Part shown: positions 35,777 to 51,120 of the stretch, piece by piece
How positions within the stretch are numbered: the stretch's first letter is position 1
Layout: every line of letters starts with the position of its first letter
Source of the DNA: Eledone cirrhosa
Lineage: Eukaryota
NCBI GenBank assembly: GCA_964016885.1
Contig: CAXHJY010000657.1
Span: forward strand, 1 to 51,120
Direction of reading: 5' to 3'
Length of the DNA stretch: 51,120 nucleotides
Notes under the pieces: generated by a model
Database searches by the model: none
Told to the model about the DNA's origin: nothing
Seen by the model: only the letters and a program-made list of their open reading frames with translations
Translations under genes and position numbers: made by a program

Positions 35777-36124
35777 TCTTATATATAATGTATTGCTTAA
35801 TACAAGTTTCACTTCTATTAGAACTTTCAAATGTCAACTTCCGGTAGCTATATATCATTATATATAAACGTTTCTATTTCCATCGTTATATTATAAACGT
35901 TTATATACATCCATCGGTATAACATAACGTTTATATTTCCGTCGCTAATTTCATTTTCTCTTTTTCCGTTTTAACATATACTAACAGAATGGCCCGGCGT
36001 TGCTCGGGATTTGCTCTAGGGTTCTTGTATATGATATATATTTATCCTTATCATGCCTCGTGAAATAAATACGTTTGTTTATATTTTGTTATTGTGTATG
36101 CAAAAATATCTGTACACGAATATA

Positions 36125-36202
<78 letters not shown>

Positions 36203-36418
36203 GTAGGATAACGATAAATCGTTAAAAGCAATCCGATAAGAGTCTATGAAAACTATTTATTATGGACAGTTTAAGCGTACGGTGCTGTGTGACTCCACAA
36301 GAATTTTACGTTGGTGACGATTTTATGACTTCGCTTGTATCCCTATGTAAATATATCTTGGAGTAATAAAAAAGTGAAGAATAACATGCTTGACAGTATA
36401 AACAAGGAAATTTATTTA

Positions 36419-36525
36419 CAGTCTTACAATTGTTTCCATGATAGAATTGTCTATAAATTGCTAAATACTGGAGACAGTATAACTCAATTTACAAACATCT
36501 AAGTCAATCATTTCATCAGAGACTA
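36419..36525 (-). ncRNA. Type I hammerhead ribozyme (left arm)
   Basis: Reverse-complement copy of 36608-36714 with an intact core. Confidence 0.8.
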
Positions 36526-36607
36526 TTAAGAAATATAAAATATATGCGTAACGGTAAACTTAAATTTTTTTAAGTTTACCGTTACGCATATATTTTATAT
36601 TTCTTAA

Positions 36608-36714
36608 TAGTCTCTGATGAAATGATTGACTTAGTATAACTCAATTTACAAACATCTGTCTCCAGTATTTAGCAATTTATAGACAATTCTATCATGGAAA
36701 CAATTGTAAGACTG
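36608..36714 (+). ncRNA. Type I hammerhead ribozyme with enlarged stem II
   Basis: AGTCT-CTGATGA(36614-36620)-aATGAT...ATCATg-GAAA(36697-36700)-CAATTG-TA-AGACT. Stem III palindrome ACAATTGT; GUA triplet. Confidence 0.83.
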
Positions 36715-36758
36715 TAAATAAGTTTCCTTGTTTGTACTGTCAACCATGTTATTCTTCA

Positions 36759-36807
<49 letters not shown>

Positions 36808-38026
36808 AGTACAGAGAAGTGCGGAATACCCCGGCCTCAGGATGGTGTCTACATTTTGTGCTTCAAAAAGAAATTCGTCGTACATTACCAGGGTTTTTTT
36901 CCGTGCGAAGAAAATCAATACTTTATCGCGAAATAAATACTTTTGTTATTGTGTATGCACACATATCTGTACACGAATATATATATATTAAAATAGCAGA
37001 TTAAAGTTTAAGCAAAGAATTGCTGCTTTCACCCTTAACGGATCTTCTGAAACTAAAACAAAAAAATCAATCTGTGAACGCAGATGTAAATATTTCGAAA
37101 AACGTTGCAACCGAAGAAACACAGGTAGACGATACTTTGGTTCGTGAAGATGATGTACTCTGGCATAAGAATATATATATATATATACACACACACTGAT
37201 CGCGTCATAATGACGTAATGCAGACAGTCAGGCATACAGACAGATATTATAAGGGCGCGACGTTATATCTATGTATCTATCTAAAAAGAGAAAGACTAAG
37301 AATTATAGACAGAGATCTCTAAATCGCCTAATGCAGTGCTTAGGGCATTGAAAATTTGAAATTGTTTTTGCTCAAAACACGCGCGGGACCATAAGTATTA
37401 CATGTGTAAAGTTTGAAAAAACTCGGTTGGGTGGTTCTCGAGTTTTAGTGATTGGACAGACAGACAGACAAACAGACATTCTCTGTTTTAGTAATATAGA
37501 TATTTAACTCTCTTTTTCTCCTCTTTCGTTTTAACATATATTTACTTCTAGGATTTAGCCCCGGGGATAACATATATATTTATATATACATGAGAGTCAG
37601 TTGCGTATAATATCAATATGTACACTACATATGCCAGCAGGAAAACGCCCGAGGGGCAGTTCTTCTGCTAGTATTTTATAATGTTTAATCGAGTAGTAGC
37701 CTGCTACTCTGGATCTTCCCGAAATGATCGGTTGCGTAGACATACACTTGACTATCCCTTCACATATCCACAACCAAAGCACCAATTTTTATTTTTCTCC
37801 ACACCGATTTACTTACACACCTATATACGTACATACATACACATACACGCAGACACACATACGCACATGTGTCTGTGTGTGTGCATGCGTACGTTTGTGT
37901 GTATGTGTGTACTAGATTGTGAGCCATCTTGTATCTATGTGAAACGTAAACAGAAATAACAAAGCAAACGCCACTGTACAATGAAGAAATATATTACTTT
38001 AGCGCTTGAAATAATAGGAAAAGAGG

Positions 38027-38062
38027 GTCCAAGTTTCGGACACTAGTCCTTCACCAGAAGAT
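38027..38062 (-). ncRNA. Decayed minimal hammerhead
   Basis: Minus strand CTGGTGA-a-GGAC-tagt-GTCC-GAAAC. Core A6>G; stems I and III poor. Confidence 0.45.
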
Positions 38063-38407
38063 AGAATGATGAAATAGAAAGATAGAGAATGAGAAGAGGA
38101 AGGAACGGAAAACTTGAGAAAAAAACATGCGTATTCATTCAGCCATTTACATTAAAACATGATTACACGACGACCAATTTGTGCTAGATTTCTTTGGAAA
38201 CTGGTAATTTGAGCATGTATGTGCTTTGATATCTAACTCCCTACTCCTTCACCCCCCCCCCTCTCTCTATCTTCCTCTCAAACACAAACAATTTTGACAA
38301 GACGTATCCACTCTCAACATGGTCACTGCTAGAACAGTAACTTTCTTTAACTATCTATAACAATCTATATGTATCTATCTATATTTGGAAAATAGAAAAA
38401 CATCCAG

Positions 38408-38469
<62 letters not shown>

Positions 38470-38479
38470 GTCTGTTTCT

Positions 38480-38551
<72 letters not shown>
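38408..38551. repeat. (TATC)n + (TC)n compound microsatellite
   Basis: Direct reading. Confidence 0.97.
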
Positions 38552-38554
<3 letters not shown>

Positions 38555-38928
38555 ATATATATATATGATATGTCTTTTCGTTAACTTCTGTTACACTCAT
38601 CTCACTCACACACGCATCCCACAATCTCTTTCCATCCCTGCTACTAACACTCTCCCACTTTTCTGCCTACACTTCTTTCACTCCCTCCTTCCCTCTCTGT
38701 AATACCGTCATCCTCCTTAATTCTGTGTCTGAGTCCAAAGCTGTCAGTTCTGCCAGTCTGCTGTCAACTTTAGTTGACGTCCCTGCCACATTGTTTATGT
38801 AGCTGGCGGTGACAATGCTTTACTATAACTCTCTATTTCTTTTTCTCTTAACCTGTGTTTATACGTCTCTTATACATGCAGCCATGCATATATGTTTATG
38901 AACCCCCACCACACCCTCACTCACATGA

Positions 38929-38959
<31 letters not shown>

Positions 38960-39003
38960 TGTATGTATGTATGTATGTATGTATGTATGTATGTATGTAT
39001 GTA
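38929..39003. repeat. (TATG)n microsatellite
   Basis: Direct reading. Confidence 0.97.
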
Positions 39004-39068
39004 TATACATAATATATACCAGTATGTGTATATTTATCCACACGTAATTATACATATAATATATTTCA

Positions 39069-39080
39069 ATGTATATATGC

Positions 39081-39141
<61 letters not shown>

Positions 39142-39175
39142 TATATACATATATATATATATATATATATACATC

Positions 39176-39243
<68 letters not shown>

Positions 39244-39302
39244 CATCTATATATATATATATATATATATACATCTATATACATATATATATATATATAT
39301 AC

Positions 39303-39353
<51 letters not shown>

Positions 39354-39438
39354 CATATATATATACATATATATATACATATATATATACATATATATAT
39401 ATACATATATATATATACATATATATATACATATATAC

Positions 39439-39473
<35 letters not shown>

Positions 39474-39482
39474 CATATATAC

Positions 39483-39575
<93 letters not shown>

Positions 39576-39642
39576 CATATATATATACATATATATACAT
39601 ATATATATATATATACATATATATACATATATATATATATAT

Positions 39643-39680
<38 letters not shown>

Positions 39681-39990
39681 ATATATATATATATGTATAT
39701 ATATGTGTATATATATATATATGTATATATATGTATATATATATATATATGTATATATATGTATATATATGTATATATATATGTGTATATATATATATAT
39801 GTATATATATGTATATATATATGTGTATATATGTATATATATATGTGTATATATATATATATGTATATATATATGTATATATATATATGTATATATGTAT
39901 ATATATATAAGGGAGAGAATTGGGAGTGTGTAACACTCCACTTATCAAATAGATACAACTTTGTTGTTAATTGTATATATATATATATAC

Positions 39991-40040
<50 letters not shown>

Positions 40041-40065
40041 GTATACATATATATATGTATATATG

Positions 40066-40114
<49 letters not shown>

Positions 40115-40175
40115 GTATATATATATATACATATATATATGTATATATATATATATATATACATATATATATGTA

Positions 40176-40208
<33 letters not shown>

Positions 40209-40321
40209 GTATATATATATGTATATATGTATATATATATATATATATATACATATATATATGTATATATATATGTATATATATATACAAATATATATGT
40301 ATATATATATGTATATATGTA

Positions 40322-40354
<33 letters not shown>

Positions 40355-40388
40355 GTATATATATATGTATATATATATACATATATAC

Positions 40389-40445
<57 letters not shown>

Positions 40446-40446
40446 T
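39069..40446. repeat. Interrupted (TA)n arrays with a 65-bp unique island at 39909-39973
   Basis: Direct reading. Confidence 0.95.
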
Positions 40447-40447
40447 C

Positions 40448-40624
40448 GGTGAATTGGTAGTATCGGTAGAGGGTTGGACGCCATGCTTTCTAGCATAGTT
40501 ACGTCCCTTTACAGTCTGAGTTCAAATCCCGCCGAGGTTAACTTTGCCTTTCATCCTTACGGGGTCGATAAAATAAAGTACCAGTAATGTACTGGTTAAT
40601 TGCTGGCCTTGTGCCAAATGTAGA

Positions 40625-40630
<6 letters not shown>
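40448..40630 (+). mobile_element. Full-length tRNA-derived SINE in (TA)n
   Basis: Same family as 28388-28569, with B box GAGTTCAAATCCC. Confidence 0.9.
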
Positions 40631-43989
<3,359 letters not shown>

Positions 43990-44605
43990 TCAGGTAACAT
44001 GTATCCCAGTACAACCTGTCTCATGGTCGGGTCGTTGGCGACTAAACTGGCAACCCCACCAAGGTTTCTTGTTGAGGAGGGTGACTTTGGACATCCTGCT
44101 GGACTAAAAACAAAACCTGTCAAAGGGCAAAGGAGCTCTTAAGAGTCAATGGCCATCCAAAATCACCGGGAGAGATGACCCCTTTAGCCTTAGTCAAGGC
44201 AGAATTCTAGGAGAAGGAAAACTCTGATATAACACCTGCAACCCTGATGGTATCCAATGATGTTGACTTGTTCTTCTTTTTGGTAAATAGCATCTTGGTT
44301 AAGAGAGTGGGACTGGCTTTGTGCAGTGCCTTTGCTCACTATAAAAGCTTCACGGCACAGGCATTGCTTTATATCTGGAGATCTCTCTGCACTTGTCCTC
44401 ACATGGGCCCAGCACTATGTGTCAATAATTGTCCTACCATGGGCCTAGCACTATGTGTCAATAATTGTCACAGGTGTAGTGTTTGTACCAGAGATTTCAA
44501 GTCGCTGGCTGGACTAAAAAGTCACACTCGTTCAGCGCTTCGGTAGGGGTTATCCTACATGGATGTAAAGTAGTGGCCGTACTCGAAAACGAGTTGGCAG
44601 CCACC
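43990..44605 (+). mobile_element. Non-autonomous RTE-like bipartite element, copy 1
   Basis: 5' part resembles RTE 5' UTRs (GGAGAAGGAAAACTCTGA). 3' part encodes [19 protein letters not shown], an RTE-type C-terminal zinc-finger remnant. Ends in the hairpin GTGGC...ACTCG-AAAA-CGAGT...GCCAC. Near-identical to 50145-50781. Confidence 0.65.
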
Positions 44606-44617
44606 ATATATATATAT

Positions 44618-44771
<154 letters not shown>

Positions 44772-44773
44772 GT

Positions 44774-44903
<130 letters not shown>

Positions 44904-44957
44904 GTATATGTATATATATATATGTATGTGTATATATATATATGTATATGTATATAT

Positions 44958-45003
<46 letters not shown>

Positions 45004-45007
45004 GTAT

Positions 45008-45121
<114 letters not shown>

Positions 45122-45170
45122 GTATATACAATATTAAATAAATGGAAAACTATATTTATAAAACCATATT

Positions 45171-45236
45171 TATTTCATTATATATATTTCGGGGATATCA
45201 TATTAACAATATGCTATGCCTTCATCAGACAAAATA
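45171..45236 (-). ncRNA. Type I hammerhead ribozyme (left arm)
   Basis: Reverse complement of 45405-45470. Confidence 0.82.
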
Positions 45237-45404
45237 CAATATAAACAGTTTTATAGATAAATATATTCGACATACCGTAATAAACATCAACTTCATTTGA
45301 AGAGGTTTACTCTAGAGGTTTACTGCTAGAGTAAACCTCTTCAAATGAAGTTGATGTTTATTACGGTATGTCGAATATATTTATCTATAAAACTGTTTAT
45401 ATTG

Positions 45405-45470
45405 TATTTTGTCTGATGAAGGCATAGCATATTGTTAATATGATATCCCCGAAATATATATAATGAAATA
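45405..45470 (+). ncRNA. Type I hammerhead ribozyme
   Basis: TATTTTGT-CTGATGA(45413-45419)-stem II-GAAA(45451-45454)-TATATA-TA-ATGAAATA. Stem III palindrome ATATATAT. Confidence 0.82.
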
Positions 45471-45612
45471 AATATGGTTTTATAAATATAGTTTTCCATT
45501 TATTTAATATTGTAAATATACTCCAAATATTTGTCGAGTGCTTTTATATCAGTTATAAATATTTACTAGTTGTAACCCAACAATTTTAAATATAATTTTA
45601 CATGTATATATG

Positions 45613-45679
<67 letters not shown>

Positions 45680-45696
45680 GTATATGTATATATATG

Positions 45697-45729
<33 letters not shown>

Positions 45730-45730
45730 G

Positions 45731-45765
<35 letters not shown>

Positions 45766-45776
45766 GTATATATATG

Positions 45777-45917
<141 letters not shown>

Positions 45918-45929
45918 GTATATATATGT

Positions 45930-45960
<31 letters not shown>

Positions 45961-45999
45961 ATATTAAATAAATGGAAACTATAATTATAAAACCATATT

Positions 46000-46065
46000 T
46001 ATTTCATTATATATATTTCAGGGTTAACATATAAACAATATGCTATGCCTTCCTCAGACAAAATA
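46000..46065 (-). ncRNA. Type I hammerhead ribozyme in the Penelope 3' pLTR, same sense as the ORF
   Basis: Minus strand: TATTTTGT-CTGAGGA-AGG...CCT-GAAA-TATATA-TA-ATGAAATA. Confidence 0.85.
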
Positions 46066-46904
46066 CAATATAAACAGTTTTATAGATAAATAGATTCGAC
46101 ATACCGTACTAACATCTACTTGCATTTGAGAAGGTTAATTTGGTTGTGACAAAATTGTACACAGAGAGAAAGAAAGAGGGAGAGAAGGAAAGAGAGAAAA
46201 AGAGAGAAAAAAGAACGAAAGACAGAAAACGAAGAAAAAGAAAAAGAAGAAATGCATGGAACAAAATAGAGAGATGGAAAGATAGATAAAGAGAAGAACT
46301 TCATGTAAAGAAACAGAAAGAGATATATATATATAGAGAGAGAGGAAGTAGAGATAGATACATATATAGAAAGCTAGGTAGTGGAACGACTGTTGAATAA
46401 CGTATCAATGATACATTTATTTGTTTATTTATTTATTTAGCTCTAGTATTAATGTAAGGGAGATGTATGGAGGGAAAACCAGCTGTTAAATAGGGAGAGA
46501 AAAAATATAGAGAGAGAAAAAAGAGAGAGAGAAAATTCAAAAACATCCAGACACTAGCGAGGCGTACAAACCTCTGTTTTAATGTAGAGGTATTAGTAAT
46601 TACAAAACCAGCCTCTGCATTGTAAATATCAGTATTCCTGAATGAGATATGTATCCACAATGTGTGAAAATTAATGATCTTATGTTTAGTTTTTTTAAAA
46701 ATTCATATGTTTATGTGATAATTACAAACATCTATGTGAATGTACATGCTCAATTCTGCAAACCCTAAGTTCACGGAAAGTATTCTCAATGCGGTATAAA
46801 AATTCAAGTATACATATATGTGTATATAGAGTCAATATTACTATTTCTATCTCTACTCTACAAGATTATCTATCAAGCAAAGATAGAGCAGATTTCAATA
46901 TACT

Positions 46905-46968
46905 AATAAAAATAAAAATAAAAATAAAAATAAAAATAAAAATAAAAATAAAAATAAAAAATAAAAAT
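46905..46968. repeat. (AAAAAT)n hexanucleotide repeat inside the Penelope 3' UTR
   Basis: Direct reading. Confidence 0.95.
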
Positions 46969-49041
46969 ATATCGGAAGCAAAACTAAACTAAAATAACAA
47001 TAATAATAATAAGTAATAATAAAATAGAAAACAAAGAAATATTACGAAAGAGTATTACATTTCAAAAATATTACATATTAAAAAAAAATTTACATATTAA
47101 AAATATTAAAAATAAAAAATTAGGAAATACTACAGTAATAAAAATAAAATAAACCACAAAGATCAACCCTTCAAAATTAATTGATAATATATTGCCAAGT
47201 TCATTATAAACATCAGAGTCGAAAAACAGATAAAGCCAAAAATTATCTATCAAATCGCATCTAGCAAAGATCATTTCAAAAAGTATAGGATGCCCAATTT
47301 GGTCTACATGTGTTCTTATATTTAATATAGAAGTTTATCTAGTGTAACGTTTATTCGAAATATTTGGAGCATCAACTTTTAGGATAGTTTAATTTTTCAT
47401 GAAGAATGTTTAAATAAATAAAATAAAAATAAAAAGAGTAAAAAGAGAATCAAAGATTTATCGGCTAGTTACCCATATAATTATAAATCAAACTAAATAT
47501 ACTACATTTTAAATTTAAATTTATATTTAAACGTTGAGTTTAATCTATGTTTGCAACAACTGAATAAATTTGTCCGTAGATTAAGGGAATTTTTAGATTT
47601 TAGTATAAAGAATATCTCCTCTGCGCAGAGGTCACATGTCTCAGAGGATGAATTAAAAGGAATCCCTCTTGAGACTATATTCCAAGCCGTCGAATATCTA
47701 ACGTTATCTAGCTTAAGTTGCCATAGTACGCCTGATAGTGCCGTTGAAGATTTTTTACTTGGATCTGTGAAAGAATTCTTGTGGTTATTATAGCGAAGTT
47801 TAAATTCTGTCGATGTGGAACCGACGTAGTTAAAAGAATTAGAGTCAGTATTAACATTACAATTGTATACTATATTTTTAACTAAGCAGTTGTTATTTAA
47901 CGGACATTTAGATCTATCTCTACAGTTACATTTGTTAACTTGTATATTATTTATGCTGTTATCACTAGGTTTTAAGTTCCTATTATTTATTCTATTGATA
48001 TTTTGTGCTAAATTTTTGGTGGATGAGTAGGTTAATTTAATTGTATGTCTATTGAAAATTGAGTGATATCTATGTGTTCTAGGGAAGCGATTATCAAGAG
48101 CTTTAAAAAATAGTTTAGCGATGTGGGTTTTAATGTTTAGTGAGAAAGGGGGGGCAAACCAAATTATGTTCCTAGTTCTATTTCTTTTTTGGCCTTTGGA
48201 ATTATTGTAATGCTTTCTATTATAGTTGTTAAGGATGTTGCCGTAATTAAAAAAAGTTGTTACTTTGTTTAGTTTGTCTATCACTATCTATGTACACAAT
48301 CTTATCAGCATATCCTGCTCTAGCTAATGCTTCATTGTAGTATTGGGCTTTTTCGTCGAAAATCTTTCTATTCGACGAGATCCTAGAGATACGTTTTTGG
48401 ACAGAGTTTACTATAGTGTTTTTGACAGATCTGGGACATAGTTTAAGTTTTCATTCAACTTGTGAAAAGGATAGTGAAGACATGTGTTGAGATTTAATGT
48501 TATATCTAGGAAATTGACTATTCTATGGTTGTTTTCAATTTCTATTTTAAGATTAAAGTAATTAAAAAATTGTGTAATTTGTTTACATTTTCTATTTAGT
48601 TCAGAGTTATTATAATCAATAAGTAAAAGCATGTCGTCTCTATATAAACCTCCGGTAGTACCGGGTATTTTCCTATGTAGCGAATTGATTAAAAATAAAC
48701 CCACAAGGTCAGTTACCTGGGCTGAGTCGGATGATCCCATAGTAATGTCACAATTGCTATCTCTATCTGATCTGGTCCATAGTTGGTCATTAAATTCTAT
48801 CAAAGTTTTCCTAGCCGATAATATAATATGCATTTCATTGCTAGTTAGGTCAGTATGTTTGAATGCGTAATTTAGTGCCTTATTTAGTAGATTAGGGGTA
48901 ATAGAAGAATAATAGTTAGCTATATCAAGTTGAATAAACTTATTGTTATATTTAATTTGCTTAAACCACTCAACGACTTCTCCAGTTCCCTTCCACAAGC
49001 TCAGGTTAGATAAACAATCCAAGTTCTTAATTTGCCGTATC

Positions 49042-50140
<1,099 letters not shown>

Positions 50141-50144
50141 TTAT

Positions 50145-50781
50145 GTCAGGTCACCAGTTGGTGCTACTGGTAACATGTATCCCAGTACAACCTGTCTCAT
50201 GGTCGGGTCGTTGGCGACTAAACTGGCAACCCCACCAAGGTTTCTTGGTGAGGAGGGTGACTTTGGACATCCTGCAGGACTAAAAACAAAACCTGTCAAA
50301 GGGCAAAGGAGCTCTTAAGAGTCAATGGCCATCCAAAATCACCGGGAGAGATGACCCCTTTAGCCTTAGTCAAGGCAGAATTCTAGGAGAAGGAAAACTC
50401 TGATATAACACCTGCAACCCTGATGGTATCCAATGATGTTGACTTGTTCTTCTTTTTGGTAAATAGCATCTTGGTTAAGAGAGTGGGACTGGCTTTGTGC
50501 AGTGCCTTTGCTCACTATAAAAGCTTCACGGCACAGGCATTGCTTTATATCTGGAGATCTCTCTGCACTTGTCCTCACATGGGCCCAGCACTATGTGTCA
50601 ATAATTGTCCTACCATGGGCCTAGCACTATGTGTCAATGATTGTCACAGGTGTAGTGTTTGTACCAGAGGTTTCAAGTCGCTGGCTGGACTAAAAAGTCA
50701 CACTCGTTCAGCGCTTCGGTAGGGGTTATCCTACATGGATGTAAAGTAGTGGCCGTACTCGAAAACGAGTTGGCAGCCACC
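50145..50781 (+). mobile_element. Non-autonomous RTE-like bipartite element, copy 2
   Basis: About 4 substitutions relative to copy 1, plus an extra 20-bp hairpin at the 5' end. Confidence 0.65.
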
Positions 50782-50846
50782 ATATATGTATGTATTTATA
50801 TATGTATGTGTGTATATGTGTATGTATGTATATATGTATGTATATG

Positions 50847-50878
<32 letters not shown>

Positions 50879-50896
50879 TATATGTATGTATGTATG

Positions 50897-50930
<34 letters not shown>

Positions 50931-51120
50931 TATGTGTATGTATGTGTGTATGTATGTATATGTGTGTATGTATATATGTGTATGTATATGTATATGTATG
51001 TATATGTATATATATGTATATATATATATATGTATGTGTGTATGTATGTATATATATATATGTATATATATATGTATGTATGTATGTGTATGTATGTATA
51101 TGTGTATGTATGTATATATG
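50782..51120. repeat. (TATG)n/(TA)n/(TG)n compound microsatellite
   Basis: Direct reading. Confidence 0.97.

Larger units (their letters stand above)
36202..36763. mobile_element. Fold-back pLTR-like insertion with intact hammerheads in both arms
   Basis: Palindrome 36370-36763 centred at ~36566. Tail 36202-36369 on the minus strand with ACTCCA...TGGAGT. Pure (TA)n flanks. Confidence 0.8.
35981..37500 (-). mobile_element. Probable non-autonomous Helitron hosting a nested palindromic insert
   Basis: Minus-strand 5' end TCTATATTACTAAAACAGAGAATGTCTGTTTGTCTGTC at ~37500. 3' hairpin CCCGAGCAACGCCGGG + TTAG|T at ~35981-36009. Internal duplication ~36057-36125 / 36927-36988. Confidence 0.6.
45127..45600 (+). 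mobile_element. Fold-back Penelope pLTR insertion with intact hammerheads in both arms and a 3' tail
   Basis: Arms 45127-45315 and 45326-45514; tail 45515-45600. Homologous to the 3' end of the Penelope element (45957-46130). Confidence 0.88.
45957..49041 (-). mobile_element. 5'-truncated Penelope-like element (RT + C-terminal GIY-YIG endonuclease, long 3' UTR, pLTR with hammerhead)
   Basis: ORF 48411-49043: [33 protein letters not shown]. Frameshifted thumb region RISRISSNRKIFDEKAQYYNEALARAGY (~48250-48435). ORF 47502-48284: IIWFAPPFS, CNC...CPL...CL, NIVY...YVG, FKLRYNNH, CDLCAEE. Confidence 0.92.

Noticed and set aside
47340-48440. Selenocysteine recoding / SECIS in the Penelope-like element (reported for some Naiad PLEs)
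   Set aside because: No in-frame TGA at Cys positions in the visible ORFs; the breaks are frameshifts. The ATGA...GA candidate at ~47370-47402 (minus) lacks a proper helix II.
50145-50235. HDV-like ribozyme at the 5' end of the RTE-like element
   Set aside because: A P4-like hairpin, CTAA and a CCAGT/ACTGG pairing are present, but I could not build P1/P3/P1.1 in the required order by eye. A descriptor search is needed.

Overview
Gene-free, repeat-saturated animal DNA. It is most likely cephalopod (octopus-like), inferred from the SINE type and the huge interrupted (TA)n arrays; this is not proven. Roughly 40% of the window is degenerate (TA)n microsatellite, which produces all the YIYI 'ORFs'. 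Inserted into or between these arrays are four CR1/Jockey-group LINE copies, a decayed Tx1/L1-type LINE, a decayed autonomous Helitron, two probable non-autonomous Helitrons, tRNA-derived SINEs with a Nin/Deu-like core, two near-identical RTE-like bipartite elements, and a 5'-truncated Penelope-like element (RT + GIY-YIG). The most striking unannotated signal is a dense set of short, mutually unrelated non-coding inserts that carry minimal type I hammerhead ribozymes (HHRs). Each has CUGANGA...GAAA, usually with a self-complementary stem III. They occur as near-perfect fold-back palindromes or as direct repeats, mostly bounded by (TA)n. They share one architecture: a 'tail-less' copy joined head-to-head to a copy carrying a 3' tail with an ACTC...GAGT hairpin. 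One family is physically the 3' end of the Penelope element, which links the set to Penelope-type retrotransposition. All structures were read by eye; coordinates may be off by a few bases.
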